Virus record (IMG/VR): IMGVR_UViG_3300021255_002539 | Location: 224,001 to 288,000 of that record | Length of the DNA: 64,000 bases | Source: a virus | Taxonomy: Duplodnaviria > Caudoviricetes | Direction: 5' to 3' (one strand) | In this document: positions 60,181 through 64,000 of the stretch, one piece after another | Position numbering within the stretch: the stretch's first letter is position 1 | Layout of the letters: every line of letters begins with the position of its first letter | Position numbers and translations under genes: made by a program | The notes under the pieces: generated by a model | The model's input: only the letters and a program-made list of their open reading frames with translations | The model's database searches: none | Told to the model about the DNA's origin: nothing

Positions 60181-60783
60181 TTACCACTTCTTGCCATCGA
60201 CACTCTTGAGCTTGAAGCTTGCGGACTTGCCATAGATTGGCATAATCTCGGTCTCCTCCTCGAAGTCGATCTCGCAAGAGCCATCCCAAGCGGTGAACGT
60301 GCCGCCACATGGACAAATGTAGTTGCCAATCACAACACCGTCCAGCTTCTTGACGCGAGAGCAGGTCTCCGTCGTGTCGCCACATGGTGTGCATCCACCA
60401 GTCGTCTTGGTCTTCAACGTGCCCATTCCACAGAATGTGAGGTTGATAAGACCCTCGTCGGCCAGATCATCGTTGACAAATGTCAGCACAGTGGAGACAT
60501 CTGCGTTCTTCTTGCCAAAAACCGCATATGCCATATCGCCATCAAGACTGAGGGTATATGTAGTGTTGGTCTTCTTGAACTTGACAACCAATGTTGCTGT
60601 GGTGTTGGTCGAATCTTCATCCGTAACAACGGTAAGCGTACCATCAACCCTGGTGGATGCTGGAACAAATGCATCCTTGCCAATAGCTGGATACTTCATC
60701 GTTGTCTTGAATGTATAGACATCCGTAGACGCCATTGCGAACATGCTTGCAACAAGGGCAAGCCCCATGATCAGTTTCTTCAT
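60181..60783 (-). CDS. secreted Cys-containing beta-rich protein of bacterial type
   Basis: Signal peptide MKKLIMGLALVASMFAMA; GCTPCG/CPCG motifs; hairpin at 60122-60152 downstream. Confidence 0.75.
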   Translation of the reverse strand: MKKLIMGLALVASMFAMASTDVYTFKTTMKYPAIGKDAFVPASTRVDGTLTVVTDEDSTNTTATLVVKFKKTNTTYTLSLDGDMAYAVFGKKNADVSTVLTFVNDDLADEGLINLTFCGMGTLKTKTTGGCTPCGDTTETCSRVKKLDGVVIGNYICPCGGTFTAWDGSCEIDFEEETEIMPIYGKSASFKLKSVDGKKW

Positions 60784-60965
60784 TGTTTTTCCTCTTTCGT
60801 TTTGTTTTTCTTTGTTTGTTTGTCTTGGATTGGATTCAGGATAACCTCTATCTATCATCCAACTCTGAACATTGAATATTAATTATACGAAATTCCACCA
60901 CCCAAAAGTGGTAAATCGCATGTTGTTGAGATGTATTTACGCAAAACTTGACAAAAACCAATCGT

Positions 60966-61367
60966 TCAGTTGAACATTGGCAATCCATCTGCGCTGCCGT
61001 GCTCCTTTTTCCATTGTTTCTTGAATGCCTTTGCCAGTTCCCTCATGGTGTCCTTGTTTCCTGTCGTCTCCTCGTATACTGGTATCACATACATGCACAT
61101 GAAGGGGAACATCTGCACGTTGTTTGGTCTGCCAAGGTATTCCTTTGCTGCCTCCAGTGGATTGTCGTTGAAGGAGTACATTGGGCACCTTGGACCACAT
61201 TTGTCGTGTTCCCTCAACCAGCAGTTTTGGCAGCGTTCCTTCTTCCCAGCCAAGATGTCGGTTCCATATCTGACGAGAATCAGGTTTCTGGCGTCCATGT
61301 CAACTGGGTTGCCCTGGATGTCCAGTCCCAGTTTAGTCAACGCCTCGTCTAGTTCCTATAGTGTCAT
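60966..61367 (-). CDS. Cys-rich hypothetical protein (TAG at codon 4)
   Basis: ATG ACA CTA TAG GAA CTA GAC in frame with ORF 60966-61340; TATAAT 7 nt upstream. Confidence 0.65.
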
Positions 61368-61375
61368 GTACTCAA

Positions 61376-62014
61376 TTATACCTTGAACAAGCCCTTGATG
61401 TAGTCGTATTCGATTGGGGCGCAATTCCAACGCTCCACGCAAGCACAAAGCCTGTTTGGGTCGATGGTGTTGAAGTATTTGCTGCCATGCACATGCCCAT
61501 AGATGTTCACCTTGCCATCTGGTATGGTCTCAAGTGGCTCGTGCGAGAATATGAACTTGCCGTCCAGGAGGAATGGATGCTTGATTGCCTTGTCGAATCC
61601 AAGGTCTATCCAGTTGTAGTGTTGTTCCCTGTCGTGGTTTCCCAGCAGAAGCCAGATTCTCCCATTGAGCCTGGACACGATTTCCTTGATTCTGTTCTTG
61701 TTCCCAAAGGAGAAGTCCCCGAGATGGAGAACCAAGTCGGCATCACTGACCCTCTCGTTCCACCTCTGAATCAGGGCTTCGTTCATCTCGTCCCTGTCCT
61801 TGAAGGGTCTGTTGGCTGCTTCGTAGATAAGGATGTTGCGGTGACAAAAGTGGCTGTCCGAAGTCACCCATATCTTGTTCTTGACCACGTTGGTTGGGTT
61901 TTCAGCATCGTCCAGGAAGTTGCCGATGAACTGCTCTGAACTCCCCAGATCGTTTTCTGGGGAATCCACGAACACTGACTTTGCTCCGAAGTTGCTGCCC
62001 TCTACGTCTGACAT
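61376..62014 (-). CDS. calcineurin-like metallophosphoesterase
   Basis: SDSHF, LGDF, GNHD, SHEP, GHVH. Confidence 0.9.
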   Translation of the reverse strand: MSDVEGSNFGAKSVFVDSPENDLGSSEQFIGNFLDDAENPTNVVKNKIWVTSDSHFCHRNILIYEAANRPFKDRDEMNEALIQRWNERVSDADLVLHLGDFSFGNKNRIKEIVSRLNGRIWLLLGNHDREQHYNWIDLGFDKAIKHPFLLDGKFIFSHEPLETIPDGKVNIYGHVHGSKYFNTIDPNRLCACVERWNCAPIEYDYIKGLFKV

Positions 62015-62018
62015 GTTA

Positions 62019-63758
62019 TCATCTCTCCAATATCGAGAACACTGGCTTTTCGTTTGGCTGGCATCTCTTGAGAACCTTCTTCCCAAAGTGCTTGTCGTAT
62101 ATTGGCGCATTGTTTGGTCCGCATAGATCAACCCTGGTAACTCCCAGTCCTGCGCAAAGCTTCGCCACGATGTCCTGCGTGTCCTTGTCTCCGTGGACGA
62201 TGGTCAGGTCAACCTTGTTCATCAATGCGATCATCAACTTGCCCAATGCCCGTGGATCTATGTTGTCCATATTGTCGACGACCAACTCGAATGGTGGCTT
62301 GCTTGGCTTTACGACTTCCTCTACTGGCTTCTCTGTCGCATCTGCCACATTTGGCTTTGGTGCTTCGACCACCTTCTTCTCTGGCTCGACCTTGGTTGTC
62401 TCTGCCGTGTTCGGGCAATCCACGCCATAGATGTAGTCAGGGGCGTCCGCGTACTTCTCCGCTAACATGGACTTGGTGTCGTAGGTGTCTTCCTCCTGCG
62501 TGTTGATGACCCTCATGCCATAGTTGTTCTCGCCAGGGATTGGGACAACGCCATCTCTCAGGTGAAGTGTCTGCTTGAATCCACTGTAGTCAACATAGTG
62601 GTGCCACCTGTGGAACTTCCACACGACCTTCGCAATGTCCGGGTAGACTTTCGCCAGCATCTCGCTCTTTGGCTTGGTTCCCTCCTTGGAATAGAACACC
62701 TCTGTGTTGCCACCCTTGACCTTCTGTGTAGTGCATTTGCCAAACAGCGCCCAATTTGCCTGAACAGTACACCATCCGGCCGTGAGCATGTCCAGCGACA
62801 GAATGGTGTCTTCGTTGTACCTGCCCCTCCACCTGAATGGAACATCGTTGCGAATCATGTTGCACGAGTATATTCTGGTGTTCATTGTATATGGCGGGTG
62901 GTACGCATCCATCGTCACGAACATCTTGTAGTTGGGACCGAACATGGCTATGTTGTCGTATCTGTCCACCCAATCCTCGCAAGCAGCAAGCAATGCGCCA
63001 GTCCTGCACTTCACCTTCACATTGTGCCAGAACCAATGGAATCCCTCTGTGGCGTTGTCGTCCATGACCCAATGCCATTTGTAGCCCCGCTTGATGGAGT
63101 CGTCCCACGCGAAGTTTCTGGCTGGACCGGGCCCAGTGGAGTGGGTGGCGTTGTCCCAGTCGTCCAATGTATCGTATTTGTCCTTGTACGACATGTCCAA
63201 CTCCAATATAGTGGCGTACTTGTTGGCGACCTTTTCCTGGTAGGCAGCCACATCTTGTGGTTCGACCACCACGAAATGCGGAACTTCCATTTGGCTCAGA
63301 AACCTGGAGGTATAGCATCGTTCGCTTCTGCTTCTGGACACGATGTATATTGGATATCTGGGGTTCTTGTCCCCACCAACGACCCTCAACTTGGAATACC
63401 ATCCTGGAACAAGCTTTGGATACCAAACAGAAATGGTCTTGGCAGATACGTTTTGGTCGAAGATCTTCTTGGCTAGATCCAAGTCCCCCTCGTTGAACTT
63501 GAAGTCAACTTGAGCATACGGCTTCGCTGCGTCATGGGACTCGTATACTGGCATCTGCCACCACTGGTCCTTCCACTTCGCGTCCCTCGCAGAATCGTCC
63601 TTCTTCGCCTTTTTCTTGGTGGGTTTCTTCTTTTCCACCTTTGTCTTGGCATTGACATCGTATTCCTTCGTCAGGCAAGTGATGTCAGTGCCATTGCGCT
63701 TGTTGAAGTCGTCCAATGCGGCTTGGTCAGCGAATCTGCAAATAATCCTCGTGTTCAT
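62019..63758 (-). CDS. GREB1/TET-associated-type GT-A glycosyltransferase fusion, putative DNA base modification
   Basis: YPIYIVSRSR, VVVEPQD, GPGPARNFAWD, HWVMDDN, WRGRYNEDT, GGNT, RWHHYVDY; N-terminal WxxMP...SVWYP module. Confidence 0.75.
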   Translation of the reverse strand: MNTRIICRFADQAALDDFNKRNGTDITCLTKEYDVNAKTKVEKKKPTKKKAKKDDSARDAKWKDQWWQMPVYESHDAAKPYAQVDFKFNEGDLDLAKKIFDQNVSAKTISVWYPKLVPGWYSKLRVVGGDKNPRYPIYIVSRSRSERCYTSRFLSQMEVPHFVVVEPQDVAAYQEKVANKYATILELDMSYKDKYDTLDDWDNATHSTGPGPARNFAWDDSIKRGYKWHWVMDDNATEGFHWFWHNVKVKCRTGALLAACEDWVDRYDNIAMFGPNYKMFVTMDAYHPPYTMNTRIYSCNMIRNDVPFRWRGRYNEDTILSLDMLTAGWCTVQANWALFGKCTTQKVKGGNTEVFYSKEGTKPKSEMLAKVYPDIAKVVWKFHRWHHYVDYSGFKQTLHLRDGVVPIPGENNYGMRVINTQEEDTYDTKSMLAEKYADAPDYIYGVDCPNTAETTKVEPEKKVVEAPKPNVADATEKPVEEVVKPSKPPFELVVDNMDNIDPRALGKLMIALMNKVDLTIVHGDKDTQDIVAKLCAGLGVTRVDLCGPNNAPIYDKHFGKKVLKRCQPNEKPVFSILER

Positions 63759-63779
63759 ATCCGAAATCTCCTTGTCATA

Positions 63780-64000
63780 TTATACATCGGTTGGGCTGTT
63801 CTGTAAAGACGAGAAGTTGAACTTGCTCAAGTCATATGTTGGGTAGCAATGTTCCAAGGTGTCCTCGTATGTGTTGCCATTCAGCTTGTTGGCATATGCG
63901 TTCTTGTCTTGCATGGCCACAGCATTGTCTCCTGTCGTACAATACAGGTTCAAGCCCTTCATCTCCCCGTTCTTGCCATATGTATATTGGTCAATCGCCC
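63780..64000 (-). CDS. hypothetical protein (5'-truncated by the window edge)
   Basis: Frame stays open to the window end. Confidence 0.6.
   Translation of the reverse strand, partial: AIDQYTYGKNGEMKGLNLYCTTGDNAVAMQDKNAYANKLNGNTYEDTLEHCYPTYDLSKFNFSSLQNSPTDV

Noticed and set aside
1-64000. Pyrrolysine as the meaning of TAG
   Set aside because: No pyl genes seen; contexts favour Gln, and TAG is too frequent, including a tandem pair
1-64000. Suppressor tRNA(CUA), other tRNAs or a release factor
   Set aside because: No cloverleaf or GGQ-type protein recognised by eye; these may lie outside the window, and tRNAscan-SE/ARAGORN is needed to exclude them
1-64000. Prophage or bacterial chromosome context
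   Set aside because: No integrase, att site or housekeeping operon; T4-like replication genes and phage-type organisation run throughout

Overview
Dense coding sequence from a large, T4-like (Caudoviricetes) lytic phage genome with a non-standard genetic code. TAG is read as an amino acid, almost certainly Gln (translation table 15), so many ORFs in the supplied track are fragments. Re-reading by hand, I count 57 in-frame TAGs in 17 genes. These include a ~2,400-aa protein (12520-19728) and enzymes whose conserved motifs lie on both sides of a TAG; no gene here clearly needs TAG as its stop. 1-24.6 kb (+) carries tail-fibre/LRR adhesin genes, Hsp20, a family-B DNA polymerase, a ferritin-like protein, putative head-internal proteins and a papain-like protease. 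24.7-64 kb (mostly -) carries a clamp-loader-like subunit, a sigma factor, a Dam-type methylase, dUTPase, ThyX, two glycosyltransferases, two metallophosphoesterases, a permuted NlpC/P60 enzyme, a second fibre/LRR block, a Tpt1-like ADP-ribosyltransferase and an NAD+ DNA ligase split into two order-reversed genes. Three promoter classes are visible: TTGACA/TATAAT, TCGTATAAT and a T4-late-like GTAAATA. The TAG-containing genes are almost all downstream of GTAAATA, suggesting a late-gene translational gate. Other highlights are a shared N-terminal leader on putative head proteins, a polyprotein of Arg-rich peptides, a candidate antisense sRNA with an anti-SD loop, and host-like secreted proteins that may point to a Kiritimatiellae (PVC) host. 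I saw no tRNA, release factor, integrase or CRISPR array. All calls are by eye and none was database-checked.
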